A DNA stretch of 64,000 bases from Spirochaetia bacterium. Lineage in GTDB: Bacteria > Spirochaetota > Spirochaetia > DSM-2461. Position 1 is the stretch's first letter, and every line of letters starts with the position of its first letter. Below, in pieces: positions 49,190 through 59,780 of this stretch. The stretch covers positions 4,544,001 to 4,608,000 of the forward strand of contig OY764216.1 in assembly GCA_963668315.1 (NCBI GenBank), read 5' to 3'. The translations under genes were made by a program, and so were the position numbers. A model generated the notes under the pieces. It ran no database searches, had not been told where the DNA came from, and saw only the letters and a list, made by a program, of their open reading frames with translations.

Positions 49190-50264
49190 AATTGAATCAC
49201 TGACGATTAAATATGGGGATTATACCGCCTTAACTGACTTTTCAACAGAAATCCCCGACCATAGGATAACAACCGTGCTCGGTCCAAGCGGATGCGGAAA
49301 AAGCACGCTCCTCGGAGGAATTGCCGGAATTCGACAGCCTCTGAAGGGACGGATAAATCTCAACGGCAGAGTATTCTATGACGGCTGTAGAGAAATCAGT
49401 CTTCCTCCGGAAAAAAGAAATATCGGTTTCGTTTTTCAGGATTACGCTCTTTGGCCCCACTTGACTCTGGCAAAAAATCTCGATTATCCCCTGCGTGTCC
49501 GAAAAATAGACAGAAATAAAAGAAAAGAAGCCCTTGCATCCGTTCTGGACCTTATTCGCCTTAAAGGAAAAGAACACCGCTATCCCCATGAAATGAGCGG
49601 AGGAGAACAACAGAGGGCCGCACTGGGCCGTGCCCTTATTACTATGCCGGATCTTCTGATTATGGACGAGCCCCTCAGTAATCTCGACGCACTACTCCGA
49701 GAGGAGATGCAGGAGGAAATCAGGGCCCTGCAAAAAAAACTTCGCCTGACAATTCTCCATGTGACCCATGATCAGTCGGAAGCCCTGGCTATGAGCGACC
49801 ATATCATCCTGATGAACCAAGGCCGGTTGGAACAGGAGGGACCGGCCCGCTGGATCTACAGGAAACCGGCGAATTCCTTTTGTGCCGATTTCCTGGGCAA
49901 AAGCAACTTGATAGAAGGGGAAATCATACGGCGGGACGGGTTTGACTGTTTCTCCTGCGGGGGAAAGATATTCTCCCTTCCCCCCGGAGTTTTACATTCC
50001 GCCGGGACTATTATAGATCGGGCCAAAGGACTATTTTCTCTTCGTCCTGAAGATATTCAGATGAAAGAAGGAAGTAGCCAAAAACTTTTCCTGGAGGCGG
50101 GATGGGGGATTATCAGTCATATAACCTACAAAGGCCCCTATTCCCTTTATCACGTACAATGGGAAAATCATGATCTCCGTATATGGGACAGAACCGGCAT
50201 AGCTTATAAGGAGGGAGACACTGTTCCCCTCCAGTTCAAGCGGCTTGTCCGTCTGGAAAGATAG
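49182..50264 (+). CDS. FbpC/PotA-like ABC ATP-binding protein
   Basis: GPSGCGKS, FQDYALWPH, MSGGEQQR and VTHDQSEA motifs. Confidence 0.93.
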   Translation: MLKIESLTIKYGDYTALTDFSTEIPDHRITTVLGPSGCGKSTLLGGIAGIRQPLKGRINLNGRVFYDGCREISLPPEKRNIGFVFQDYALWPHLTLAKNLDYPLRVRKIDRNKRKEALASVLDLIRLKGKEHRYPHEMSGGEQQRAALGRALITMPDLLIMDEPLSNLDALLREEMQEEIRALQKKLRLTILHVTHDQSEALAMSDHIILMNQGRLEQEGPARWIYRKPANSFCADFLGKSNLIEGEIIRRDGFDCFSCGGKIFSLPPGVLHSAGTIIDRAKGLFSLRPEDIQMKEGSSQKLFLEAGWGIISHITYKGPYSLYHVQWENHDLRIWDRTGIAYKEGDTVPLQFKRLVRLER

Positions 50265-50383
50265 TCTCTTCCTCCGAATTGTTCAACTCTCTGCATCATC
50301 TGTTATCTCTTCTTAGGAGAACCTTGTATTGTCCGGCTAGTTATTACGCTTTTCTAAAAATCAAAAATTGTTTCGCTCTTAAC

Positions 50384-50438
50384 TTGACAGTTGCAGAGAG
50401 AGGGGTTACAATACAAATGAAAATGATTTTCATTTTCA
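50384..50438 (+). promoter_or_regulatory. Promoter plus Fur-box-like operator
   Basis: TTGACA-N17-TACAAT followed by the palindrome AATGAAAAT-G-ATTTTCATT. Confidence 0.8.
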
Positions 50439-50451
50439 AAGGAATTAAACA

Positions 50452-50931
50452 ATGAGACATGGTTACGGAAATGGACAGGGACGCGGTCGTCAATGGGGCA
50501 GACAGCTTGAAAACCACGGAATACGGCCTACGGCCGCCCGGGAACTGGTATTCTCTGTCATGAGGGAAACCAGGGAGCATTTAAGCGCGGACGATGTTTT
50601 TCAGGAAGTGAGAAGGATAGAACCGGGAATCGGTCTTACTACGGTATACCGGAGCCTTGAATTGCTCTATCAAAATGGCCTCGTGAAAAAATACGATTTC
50701 GGAGACGGAAGGGCTGTTTTTGAACTGAACGATAAATACAGCGGCAAAGGCCCCCATCACCATCTTATCTGCCGGAAGTGCGGAAAGATTCAAGATCTGA
50801 CCAGTTGTCTCTCTGAAGAGAGGTCTTTTACCGATACAATGAAAATCTGTATCGAATCGGAATATCAGTTTGCGGCGGAAGAAACAGTTATCCGTGTATA
50901 CGGCCTCTGTTCGGACTGCCGAAAAGAGTAA
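50452..50931 (+). CDS. fur: Fur-family transcriptional repressor
   Basis: HLSADDV, TTVYRSL, HHHLICRKCG and CSDC motifs. Confidence 0.92.
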   Translation: MRHGYGNGQGRGRQWGRQLENHGIRPTAARELVFSVMRETREHLSADDVFQEVRRIEPGIGLTTVYRSLELLYQNGLVKKYDFGDGRAVFELNDKYSGKGPHHHLICRKCGKIQDLTSCLSEERSFTDTMKICIESEYQFAAEETVIRVYGLCSDCRKE

Positions 50932-50946
50932 TTTTTTTTAAGTTTT

Positions 50947-50969
50947 AATGAAAATGATTTTCATTTTCA
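50947..50969. promoter_or_regulatory. Second copy of the Fur-box-like operator
   Basis: aatgaaaatgattttcattttca is identical to 50416-50438. Confidence 0.8.
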
Positions 50970-50994
50970 TGCAGTGTTATAAGGAGGTACAATT

Positions 50995-51333
50995 ATGGCA
51001 CGCGGAGATAGAAGAGGACCCGAAGGAAGAGGTCCGATGACAGGACGGGGCGCCGGTTACTGTTCCGGCAGCAGTGTTCCCGGATTTATGAACAAAGCTC
51101 CCCGCTGGGAACAAGGACTCGGTATGGGCCGGGGCAATCGCGGTATAGGGATGGGCAGAGGAATGGGCCGTGGATTCGGCTTTAGCGCTTATCTTACCCA
51201 GGGGGGAGACTACTACCCTACTCCCGTCGATGAACGGGAGATGCTGAAAAACGAGGCGGAAGGATTGAAAAAAAGCCTCGAGATCATTATAGCCCGCCTT
51301 GATGAGCTTGAAAAAAAGGATTCCGAATCCTGA
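50995..51333 (+). CDS. DUF5320-family Gly/Arg-rich protein
   Basis: GDRRGPEGRGPMTGRGAGYC and a C-terminal coiled coil. Confidence 0.85.
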   Translation: MARGDRRGPEGRGPMTGRGAGYCSGSSVPGFMNKAPRWEQGLGMGRGNRGIGMGRGMGRGFGFSAYLTQGGDYYPTPVDEREMLKNEAEGLKKSLEIIIARLDELEKKDSES

Positions 51334-51401
51334 ACCGAATAGTTTCTGAAATGTAAAGAATGAGGATTGTCCCGCAGCACAGATTGCCGGATAATCCTCT
51401 G

Positions 51402-52058
51402 TTATTTAACGCATCTGAACCAGGCTATACTTTTCTCGCTTTCCAGATCCACAAAGGAATAGTATGATTCAAGTTTTTCCTTAAGTTCAGATTTCGTCAT
51501 AAAGGGAGGAGTGAACCATCCCTTTCTTGCAAGAACTTGCGAGACGACCAGATCGGTTGTTCTTTTCTCACCTTTTACATAGAAACATCCGGTGAAAACC
51601 CCTCCCTTTTTCAGAACCCGGGCCGTTTCTGAAAAGGCTTTTTCCTTTTCGGGAAAGGCATGAAATCCATTCATGGACAAGAGAATATCGAAACAGTCCC
51701 GGTTGAAGGGAAGCTTCCCCACATCTCCCCTCAAACAGCAGACATGGGCTAATCCGGCATTCTCAAAACGATCCCGGGCCTTCTCCAGCATCTCACTTGA
51801 ATAATCCAGGCAGATTATACGGCTTTCTTTTAGACGTTTGTAAGTTTCGCAGGTGAAAACAGCTGTTCCCGCGGGAACATCCAACAGGAGTCCGTCAAAG
51901 TTATCGGGGATATTCTTCAGAACCTCTTCGGCTATCACAAAATCGTCTACACCCCAGAAAAGTTTGATATAAAGTTTTGAGAGAATATTTGCCCTGGTCA
52001 ATACATCGTCATAGATGTTTTTTGATGCTCCATAGGTTTTTTCTATTTTATTTTTCAC
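51402..52058 (-). CDS. Class I SAM-dependent methyltransferase
   Basis: LLDVPAGTA, LDYSSEML and GDVGKLPF motifs. Confidence 0.9.
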   Translation of the reverse strand: MKNKIEKTYGASKNIYDDVLTRANILSKLYIKLFWGVDDFVIAEEVLKNIPDNFDGLLLDVPAGTAVFTCETYKRLKESRIICLDYSSEMLEKARDRFENAGLAHVCCLRGDVGKLPFNRDCFDILLSMNGFHAFPEKEKAFSETARVLKKGGVFTGCFYVKGEKRTTDLVVSQVLARKGWFTPPFMTKSELKEKLESYYSFVDLESEKSIAWFRCVK

Positions 52059-52068
52059 AACTTGACTC

Positions 52069-52722
52069 CTAAACCACTAAGGGTGCTGGCGTTTTTATCT
52101 GACTGTTCTTGTTCTCCTCAATTTCACTGTTGACTCTGTTCAGGAGGGCATCTAACTCACAGGAAAGAGAAAGGAAGACGTCGCACGTTTCCGGGCATAA
52201 CTGCCGGGATGATTCACACTTTATAATACCAATAGCCTCATCCATTGAGAGTGCCTTACTATAGGGGCGTGAACTTGTCAGAGCGTCAAATGTATCAGCG
52301 ACGGCAATAATTCTGGCTCCGAAGGGTATGTCTTTCCCTGCCAGTCCAAGGGGATACCCCTTCCCGTCCCATCTCTCATGATGATGGCGGACATAAAGGG
52401 CTATTTTTTCCAGTGACGGGATATTCTTCACAATATTGTAGCCGATCTCGGAATGATTTTTTATAATTTCGAATTCAGAAAAACTCAGTTTTCCCGGCTT
52501 ATTAAGAATATTATCGGGTACGCCGATTTTCCCTATATCATGAAGATGGGCGGCGACATGGATGACATCTTTCCATTCCGGTGAGATTCCCATCTTCCCC
52601 ACGATACTTTCACAGAGAGCGGATACTCTCCAGGAATGGGCAAACGTATAGGGATCCCTGGAATCCAGGATTTTTACGACGACCTCCATAAGCTCATGTA
52701 TAGTATATGTTGTATCCAGCAT
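52069..52722 (-). CDS. Stand-alone HD-GYP phosphodiesterase
   Basis: RDPYTFAHS, HDIGK and HHERWDGKGYP motifs. Confidence 0.92.
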   Translation of the reverse strand: MLDTTYTIHELMEVVVKILDSRDPYTFAHSWRVSALCESIVGKMGISPEWKDVIHVAAHLHDIGKIGVPDNILNKPGKLSFSEFEIIKNHSEIGYNIVKNIPSLEKIALYVRHHHERWDGKGYPLGLAGKDIPFGARIIAVADTFDALTSSRPYSKALSMDEAIGIIKCESSRQLCPETCDVFLSLSCELDALLNRVNSEIEENKNSQIKTPAPLVV

Positions 52723-52831
52723 TATAGCCTCCCGGGAAGATTATAGAGGAAATAGTTAGATCTTACAATCATAATTATGCATGCCTAATGCTGTCGACAT
52801 ATCACCCAAAAGAAGGATTTTCCCCAAGACA

Positions 52832-52874
52832 CCGTTCAGATGACCTTCCTTTGAAATGACAGCCATCTGAACGG
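52832..52874. terminator. Stem-loop downstream of the ABC pair
   Basis: 11-bp IR ccgttcagatg/catctgaacgg. Confidence 0.5.
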
Positions 52875-52890
52875 AAAGCTTCCTGCCTTT

Positions 52891-54624
52891 TTAACTTGCC
52901 TTATATTGTCGATTCAACATGGAAGAGAAGAATCCTTCCTTATCACGCAAATCACCGGGAGTCCCCGTTTCGGCGACGGAACCGTCTTTTATTACGACGA
53001 TTCTATCGGCGCCGAGAACCGTTCTCATCCTGTGGGCAATAATCAAAACCGTTTTATCCTTAATCAATTCGCTTAAAGCTGACTGTATGCGGCTTTCGTT
53101 TTCCGCATCCAGCGAGGCGGTCGCCTCATCGAGAAGAATAATCGGCGCATCCTTTAAAATGGCTCTTGCGATGGAAATTCTCTGTCTTTCACCACCGGAA
53201 AGTTTTTCCCCGTTCTCTCCTATCATGGTATCGTACCCCTGAGAGAGTCTGCTGACAAAATCATCGCACTGGGCTAGTTTGGCTGCGCGAATGACTTCTT
53301 CGTCCGTGGCGTCTTTCTTTCCCAACCTGATATTGTCCCGGACAGTCGTATTAAACAGCGTAACATCCTGGAACACAATGGAAAACTTCCTGAGCAGCGT
53401 TTCCGGATCGACAAGGGAAATATCCTTTCCCCCCAGGGTAATTCTACCCCTATCGATATCCCAGAATCTGGCCGAAAGTTTTGCGGCGGTACTCTTGCCG
53501 CCGCCCGAAGGACCGATCAAAGCCGTGACGTCCCCTTGCCTGGCTGTAAAATTAACATTCTTAAGCGTCTGGATTCCCTCTTCATAGGAAAAATCCACAT
53601 TATGGAACTGGATATCATAATTCTCCGGCTGGAAATCGGTCGTCCCCTCCTGCCGGGGCATATGGTCCATCTCCTTCATTCTGGCGATTCTGACCTTAAG
53701 GAATATCAAAAGCGCGAAATGATCCATCGTCTCCATTATCGGGTTATAGATTCTTCCGGCCAGTATGATAAATACCAGATAGGTGAATATGCCGATGGAA
53801 CCGGAGGAAAGCAGATAGGCTCCCGCGATAATGACGCTGGGAAGCCCCAGCTTAAGAAAAACATAGGAAAGATTAATCAGCGCACCTATGAGAAGCTCCG
53901 CCTTAATCATAATCTTTTCGTAAGCCTTAAGTTCCGAATCCAGATTATCCGAATAGTCTTTCTCCTTATTGCAGGATTTGATTTCATGGATAGACTCCAG
54001 TCCCTCCTGCATTTCATCGGAAATATTTCTTTTGACCACATAGAGATTCTCATGGGTTTTCTTCTGATATTTACTGGACAGCAGGAATACAAGGGCCGCC
54101 ACAGGCACCACCCAGAGCGCGGCCAAAGACATCTTCCAATTATAGAAAAACATGAGTACTCCCATAATCAAAACATTGACTACCGCCGCATAGATTTGAG
54201 GGACGGCATGGGAGAAAAGCATCTCTATCTGGGTGGCATCTTCCATGATGGTACTGCTCAGGTCGGCGATATCTTTCTTGCCGAAGAAAGCCAGGGGCAG
54301 TTTTCTCAAAGTTTCCCCCAGGCTGATTCTCCGTCTGGCGCTCTCCTCGTATATCTTCGTATAGGTGGAATTGTACTGGAGATAGGCAAGGACCGTCATA
54401 ACGATAAGCATGATAAGCGAAATCAGCCCATAGGAAAGAAACCCTCCTGCTTTCAGTGTCTCTATATTCAAGAGGGGGCCCAGATATTCATTCAGAAACT
54501 GAAATCCCAAAATGACCGGCAGCATAAAACTCAAGTCTAAAGCGATAGTCCAGAGGACCGAGTGAAAAAAATCCCGGGCTCCCTTCTCTGACATGGCGTA
54601 TTTTTGTTGGAAATATCTAATCAT
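52891..54624 (-). CDS. ABC transporter TMD-NBD fusion (YbtQ/IrtB-like)
   Basis: GPSGGGKS, LSGGERQR and LDEATASLD motifs. Confidence 0.9.
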   Translation of the reverse strand: MIRYFQQKYAMSEKGARDFFHSVLWTIALDLSFMLPVILGFQFLNEYLGPLLNIETLKAGGFLSYGLISLIMLIVMTVLAYLQYNSTYTKIYEESARRRISLGETLRKLPLAFFGKKDIADLSSTIMEDATQIEMLFSHAVPQIYAAVVNVLIMGVLMFFYNWKMSLAALWVVPVAALVFLLSSKYQKKTHENLYVVKRNISDEMQEGLESIHEIKSCNKEKDYSDNLDSELKAYEKIMIKAELLIGALINLSYVFLKLGLPSVIIAGAYLLSSGSIGIFTYLVFIILAGRIYNPIMETMDHFALLIFLKVRIARMKEMDHMPRQEGTTDFQPENYDIQFHNVDFSYEEGIQTLKNVNFTARQGDVTALIGPSGGGKSTAAKLSARFWDIDRGRITLGGKDISLVDPETLLRKFSIVFQDVTLFNTTVRDNIRLGKKDATDEEVIRAAKLAQCDDFVSRLSQGYDTMIGENGEKLSGGERQRISIARAILKDAPIILLDEATASLDAENESRIQSALSELIKDKTVLIIAHRMRTVLGADRIVVIKDGSVAETGTPGDLRDKEGFFSSMLNRQYKAS

Positions 54625-54636
54625 TTTTCTCCTCCC

Positions 54637-56430
54637 TCAGCTTAAAACCACAGATTTTTCGCCGATCTTCCATACGGCCGATTCCTGATACTCATCCCAC
54701 ATTCTCCGATAGAGACCGTCCTTTATAAGCAGTTCGTCATGGGATCCCTCTTCGGCGATCCTTCCCCGGTCTACCACGATAATTCTGTCGGCATCGGTAA
54801 CGCTCGTCAGCCTGTGAGCAATCATCAGAGTCGTTTTGCCCTGTCCCAGCGAAACCAGTGCCTTGCGGATAAGATGCTCGTTTTCGGGATCGGCAAAGGC
54901 CGTGGCCTCATCCAGCAGAACGATGGGAGAGTTTTTCACCATGGCCCTCGCCAGGGCTATCCTCTGTTGCTCTCCGCCAGAAAGATAGGTGCCTTTCGTG
55001 CCGATCTCTGTTTCCAGTCCGTCTCTGAGATTCTCAATAATCTCCCTGGACTGGGACAGATCAACCGCCCTTTCTATATCAGTCTCTCCTGCCGATTCAT
55101 TACCGAATAGGATATTTTCGCGAAGGGTTCCTTTTCTCAGCTTCGTCGTCTGGAAAACGAAAGAAACCTTATTCATAAGCTGCTCTTTGGGAATATCTTT
55201 AACGTTAACCCCTCCGACAAGCACATCGCCCGAATCGGAGTCCCAGAACCTGGCCGCCAGTCTGGCTATGGTCGTTTTCCCTCCCCCCGAAGCACCGACA
55301 AGGGCGACAGTTTCCCCCTCATTGATCTTGAAACTGACCCTGTCTACAGCCGGCTTATCCGTTCCGTCATAGGAAAAAGTGACATTCCGGAATTCCACGC
55401 TGTTCTCATAAATCTCCGCATCCACTTCAATGAACTTCATTTCCGGATATGCCAAAAGCGCTTCGAGCCGGTCTATCGCCTGTTCCGCGATAAGAGAATT
55501 CTGCCGGAAATGCATACTTTTCATCATAAGCAGGGCGAACTGGGGAGAGATAATCAGGTAAAGAATAAAATCCGCCAGGACCACGGCCGGGGCTCCTCCC
55601 CGTCCGATAAGGAGAATGGCCATGGGAACAAGGAAGAACACGGCCGCCTGCATGATCGCCGTATAGAAGGACATGGGGCCCCTCCATAGCAATGTGTAGG
55701 CAAGAACCATCTCCTTGTACCTGATAATGCTGTCATGGAATCTCCTAAAAGAGAAAAGGGACTGACCGAAGGTCTTGACCACGGGAATACCCCGTATGTA
55801 CTCAACCGATTCGGCACTCATTTCCTCAAGGGAATCGTAGTAAAGCTTCTGGAATTTCTGCCCCTCCGCCGTCATCATGAAGCTCATGGTTACGAAGCCG
55901 AGGAGTACGGGGACAAGCGAGGCGAGTCCCATCCTCCAGTCAAAGAGAAAGATCATGCCCAGCAAAATGATCGGTGATATAACCGAACCGGCGAGGTCGG
56001 GCAGCTGATGGGCGAGATAGGAGTGGGTCGTTCCCGCGCCGTCATTCACGATTTTCCTTATTTTTCCTGTGGAATATTTATCATAAAACCCGAGAGGCAT
56101 GGCGATAAGCGCTCTCATCCCCTTCTCCTGCATGCCCACTTCCACCCGGAAAGCGGCGAGATGGGAACTCATAAGCGCGAAGAAATAGATGACGACCCCT
56201 CCCAGAGCACTGGCAAAAGCGAGCCAGGCATAGGTCCCGATGGACGAGAAATCGGCTGTAATAGCTCCCGACAGAACCTCCCGAACGATAAACCAGACCA
56301 GAATAAAGGGCATAAGATTCAATATGGCAGACAATCCCGAAAGAAAAAGGGAAAGGGGCAATAGGGCTTTCTTCCTTCCCATATAGGGCAGGAATCTTTT
56401 TAACAAGTGCTGTTTTCTTTGCTTAGGCAT
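54637..56430 (-). CDS. ABC transporter TMD-NBD fusion (YbtP/IrtA-like)
   Basis: SHLAAF, AHQLPD, EYIRGIPVVKTF and DEATAFADPENE motifs. Confidence 0.9.
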   Translation of the reverse strand: MPKQRKQHLLKRFLPYMGRKKALLPLSLFLSGLSAILNLMPFILVWFIVREVLSGAITADFSSIGTYAWLAFASALGGVVIYFFALMSSHLAAFRVEVGMQEKGMRALIAMPLGFYDKYSTGKIRKIVNDGAGTTHSYLAHQLPDLAGSVISPIILLGMIFLFDWRMGLASLVPVLLGFVTMSFMMTAEGQKFQKLYYDSLEEMSAESVEYIRGIPVVKTFGQSLFSFRRFHDSIIRYKEMVLAYTLLWRGPMSFYTAIMQAAVFFLVPMAILLIGRGGAPAVVLADFILYLIISPQFALLMMKSMHFRQNSLIAEQAIDRLEALLAYPEMKFIEVDAEIYENSVEFRNVTFSYDGTDKPAVDRVSFKINEGETVALVGASGGGKTTIARLAARFWDSDSGDVLVGGVNVKDIPKEQLMNKVSFVFQTTKLRKGTLRENILFGNESAGETDIERAVDLSQSREIIENLRDGLETEIGTKGTYLSGGEQQRIALARAMVKNSPIVLLDEATAFADPENEHLIRKALVSLGQGKTTLMIAHRLTSVTDADRIIVVDRGRIAEEGSHDELLIKDGLYRRMWDEYQESAVWKIGEKSVVLS

Positions 56431-56494
56431 TCTTTCCTCCTTTGAAGCCTTGTAGACAAAATAATTCTTCGACCTCTTGATACTTCATCTCCGC

Positions 56495-57607
56495 TTACTC
56501 CCTGGGATAGACAAATTGACCGTGATTGATTACGTCTGCGTCAACTTTTAGAAAGCGGTCGAAGTATTCCTGATGTAATTCGGCGGGATCCATCTGAGCA
56601 AACAGGTCGGGATGGAACCACTTTGCCAGATAGGAAAAGCCGATGATGTGCCGGGACGTTCCGAAGAATTCATCGGCGAGCATATAGACTCTATTATTCA
56701 TCACGGCGGCAGAACCGACAAAATAAGGTAATTCCATGACCCTTTCCCGATATTCGGCCAGACGGCCGGTATCATCGACCAATGGACCGTATCCGTCGAT
56801 AAGGGGATCTCCGATAATCAGGACGTCAAAATCCTGCTGCGCCACCCATTCCGGATCGATGGAGGGAACCCATCCCCCCTGGGAAGGGAGATCGGCGGCA
56901 ATGTTGACAGCTCCGGAAAAGCGGTTTCTCGCGGGAACATAGGACATGTCGTTGCTGAAGGTCATCAAGTCCTCCACGCTTCCGTAACCGGTCTTATAGA
57001 ACATTGAGGTTTTGTCCTCTTCTTTAAGTGCTCCCGTCTTTTCCAGGATTGCACTCTGAACGCTCTTAACCCAGAAGGAAAAATCTTCCGCTTCTTTCTC
57101 TTTCCCAAGCAACTGCCCCAGAATCTCAAAGCTGTGGAACATTTCCCCCGGATCGTAGGTCTTCACGGTGACCACGGGAATAATTCCCTCCAAGTCGGCG
57201 AGTAGCTCTTCAATGCCGGGCATGGGAATGACTTCGAGAATGAGCAGATCGGGATTAAGATCGAGGAGCGCTTCCAAATTAGGAGTATAGGGTCCCTCCA
57301 TCATTTCCGTAACGGCCGGTAAGGAATCTATACCGGGAAAAATCAATTCGTCATGGGTGTATCCGTCTCTCCCGACAACTTTGTCCCAGGCTCCGAGAAC
57401 CTTCAGAGCCTCGGCGCTCGCATAATGGGTGAAAGCAACTCTTTCAACCGGAATCTGAACCTTGACCGTTCTGCCGAGGCAATCGGTAACGGAAACGGTA
57501 TCTTCCCCATGATCTCCGTCTTTTTCCAAGTTTTCAGGACTCCCTCCGCAATAGAGGGAAATCCCGGCGGATAAAAACATAACAAGTGAAATCGTCCATC
57601 TTTTCAT
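56495..57607 (-). CDS. Fe-siderophore/cobalamin-type ABC substrate-binding protein
   Basis: VTDCLGRTV, PNLEALLDLNPDL, AVMNNRVY and AKWFHPDLF motifs. Confidence 0.88.
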   Translation of the reverse strand: MKRWTISLVMFLSAGISLYCGGSPENLEKDGDHGEDTVSVTDCLGRTVKVQIPVERVAFTHYASAEALKVLGAWDKVVGRDGYTHDELIFPGIDSLPAVTEMMEGPYTPNLEALLDLNPDLLILEVIPMPGIEELLADLEGIIPVVTVKTYDPGEMFHSFEILGQLLGKEKEAEDFSFWVKSVQSAILEKTGALKEEDKTSMFYKTGYGSVEDLMTFSNDMSYVPARNRFSGAVNIAADLPSQGGWVPSIDPEWVAQQDFDVLIIGDPLIDGYGPLVDDTGRLAEYRERVMELPYFVGSAAVMNNRVYMLADEFFGTSRHIIGFSYLAKWFHPDLFAQMDPAELHQEYFDRFLKVDADVINHGQFVYPRE

Positions 57608-57638
57608 AACTGTTCTCCTTAATATTCCTATTTTCTTT

Positions 57639-59003
57639 TTAGACCGATAGGCGCCGGTCAAGGGGTTTCATATACTTCAGCTCTCTCAATTCTCCGGCAA
57701 CGAGAAAAAGTCCTAAAACTGTAACAAGCCCATCACCCAATGGATAGGAAAGCCACATCCCCGTTTCACCCATGAGACGGGGAAGAGCAATGGCCAGAGG
57801 TATAAAGAAAAGGATTTGCCGGCCTAGTGTGATAAGTGCCCCTTTACCGGCTTTTCCCAACGCCGTGAACAGCATGATGCAAACAGCGATAAAGCCATAA
57901 AGGATAAAACTCGACATGAATGTACGAAATCGCTGGACTCCCTGAACCACTATGGAACCGTCGGTTATAAACCAGGAGAGAATGAAAGGAGCGAAAAGCT
58001 GAAAACACGCCCATAGACAAAGGGTAATAGCCATGGCAATTCGTCCGAAATACCAGAAAGCTCTGATAACTCTTTCATACTGCCCCGCGCCATAATTCGT
58101 ACCGAGAACCGGTTGTAGCCCATAGGAAATACCGAATACTGGAATATAGAAGAAACTCATTACCCGAAATGAAGCACTCATGACAATATTGCTTCCCTCT
58201 CCGTATTGAGAACTCAGAGAAAGAAGAATAGAAAGTTGTAAAGCCACGGCTATGGACATGACCATCCCCGAAAGCCCTATCATAAGGCTCTCCGCTAGCA
58301 AAGATAAGGAGAGACTGAAACTTTTCCTCTCTAAGCAGAGCACAGAACGTTCGGAAGTAAGATGCAACATATCACCGACGACGATAAGCGCCTGGCCTAT
58401 GATGGTCGCCACGGCTGCTCCTTCCACTCCCATCCCGAAAAACTCTATGAAAATCGGATCAAGTATAATGTTCGCGATTGTTCCCGAAGCCATTATCGAC
58501 ATGGCCTTCTTCATTTGTCCTTCCCCGCGGATAAGAAAATTCATTGCCGGTCCCAGGGCTCCGAAGATAAATCCGAGGGAGAGCATATCCAGATATTTCT
58601 CGCCGAGAACTAGAATAGTACCGCTGGCACCAAATAGCTGAAGGATTTCTTCTGAAAAACTCCTGACCACAAGGGTCAGAAGGATGGAAAAGATAGAGAC
58701 TGGCCAGAAAACGATTCCGAATAGGGAATCCATGATCTTCCTGTCTTTTGCTCCCATAGCCCGGGAAAGCAATGACATGGCTCCCGTAGCGAATAAGCTC
58801 AAAATTGCCTGGTTCACAAGAACGACCGCGTACCCCATCGTTACAGCCGAAACGGCTTCGGGGCCAACGAACTGTCCGACGAAAATGCTGTCGACCAGAT
58901 TATATAACCCGATCACCAGCATTCCGATCATCCCGGGAACGGCCATTTTTACAAAAAGCCTTCCCATGCTTCCCGTAAGAAGCTCCTGCCTATTATCATT
59001 CAT
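57639..59003 (-). CDS. MATE efflux transporter (MepA-like)
   Basis: LYNLVDSIFVGQ and NIILDPIFI motifs. Confidence 0.92.
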   Translation of the reverse strand: MNDNRQELLTGSMGRLFVKMAVPGMIGMLVIGLYNLVDSIFVGQFVGPEAVSAVTMGYAVVLVNQAILSLFATGAMSLLSRAMGAKDRKIMDSLFGIVFWPVSIFSILLTLVVRSFSEEILQLFGASGTILVLGEKYLDMLSLGFIFGALGPAMNFLIRGEGQMKKAMSIMASGTIANIILDPIFIEFFGMGVEGAAVATIIGQALIVVGDMLHLTSERSVLCLERKSFSLSLSLLAESLMIGLSGMVMSIAVALQLSILLSLSSQYGEGSNIVMSASFRVMSFFYIPVFGISYGLQPVLGTNYGAGQYERVIRAFWYFGRIAMAITLCLWACFQLFAPFILSWFITDGSIVVQGVQRFRTFMSSFILYGFIAVCIMLFTALGKAGKGALITLGRQILFFIPLAIALPRLMGETGMWLSYPLGDGLVTVLGLFLVAGELRELKYMKPLDRRLSV

Positions 59004-59120
59004 TTTCCTTCACCTCACGATTCCCTTTTTCACTGGATAATCCTCCCGTTACTAATTTCAATTCTGTACTGCATGAATAAGTATTACACACTCCTAATGG
59101 GTGTATACTTATATTACATT

Positions 59121-59136
59121 GTTAGCTTTGACTAAC
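59121..59136. promoter_or_regulatory. GTTAG-N6-CTAAC operator-like palindrome
   Basis: gttagctttgactaac upstream of the MATE/SBP/ABC operon. Confidence 0.5.
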
Positions 59137-59153
59137 TTTGTGACTAAAAAAAA

Positions 59154-59780
59154 CTACACTTCACCCCCCAGAAACAAAGAATAACTATGCCGAACGAGAG
59201 AAGCGATAAGCTTGATGTAGGAGTCCAAATCACCAGAGTCAGGCTCATGAACCAAAATCTCTTCAATAAATCGCAAATAAAGAGAAGCCATAGTATGTAT
59301 AAACATCTCTGCATAACTTCCCTCTCGATCCACACTGCTTTTAGGGCAACAGAGGCAGGTTTCATAGGCGCTTTTCGTATAGATTTCAAAAATCTCTTCA
59401 CGGAAATTTCCCAGGGATGACCCGGCAGAGTGCAAAAATAGCAGCTCCAGCTCATCTCTTCGCTTAAGAAGATTTTCTATATACTGAAGGAATTCTTTCT
59501 GACTCGTCTCTATCGCTTCCTTACCGGCATCCAACATCCCCCCGAGAAATTCCTCATCTTCATGGGGTTTAATGGTGGCCTTTAAAAAATCATAGGCCGG
59601 AGAGGCAAGCTCCCGAAAAAGCTCATCCTTGCTACCGAAATAGGTATAGATATTGCCCTTTGTTACTTCCGCTCTGTCGGCAATACGTCTGAGAGAGGCT
59701 TTCTCAAATCCATACTCGAAAAATTCCTTTGAGGCGGATAATAGGATTTTCTCCCTGACTTCTTCCTTTTTTATCTGCAT
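59154..59780 (-). CDS. TetR/AcrR-family regulator
   Basis: MQIKKEEVREKIL; HTH VTKGNIYTYF. Confidence 0.92.
   Translation of the reverse strand: MQIKKEEVREKILLSASKEFFEYGFEKASLRRIADRAEVTKGNIYTYFGSKDELFRELASPAYDFLKATIKPHEDEEFLGGMLDAGKEAIETSQKEFLQYIENLLKRRDELELLFLHSAGSSLGNFREEIFEIYTKSAYETCLCCPKSSVDREGSYAEMFIHTMASLYLRFIEEILVHEPDSGDLDSYIKLIASLVRHSYSLFLGGEV

Noticed and set aside
53536..54540. 334-aa plus-strand ORF, and the many other short ORFs overlapping called genes
   Set aside because: Antisense or alternate-frame shadows of well-supported genes.
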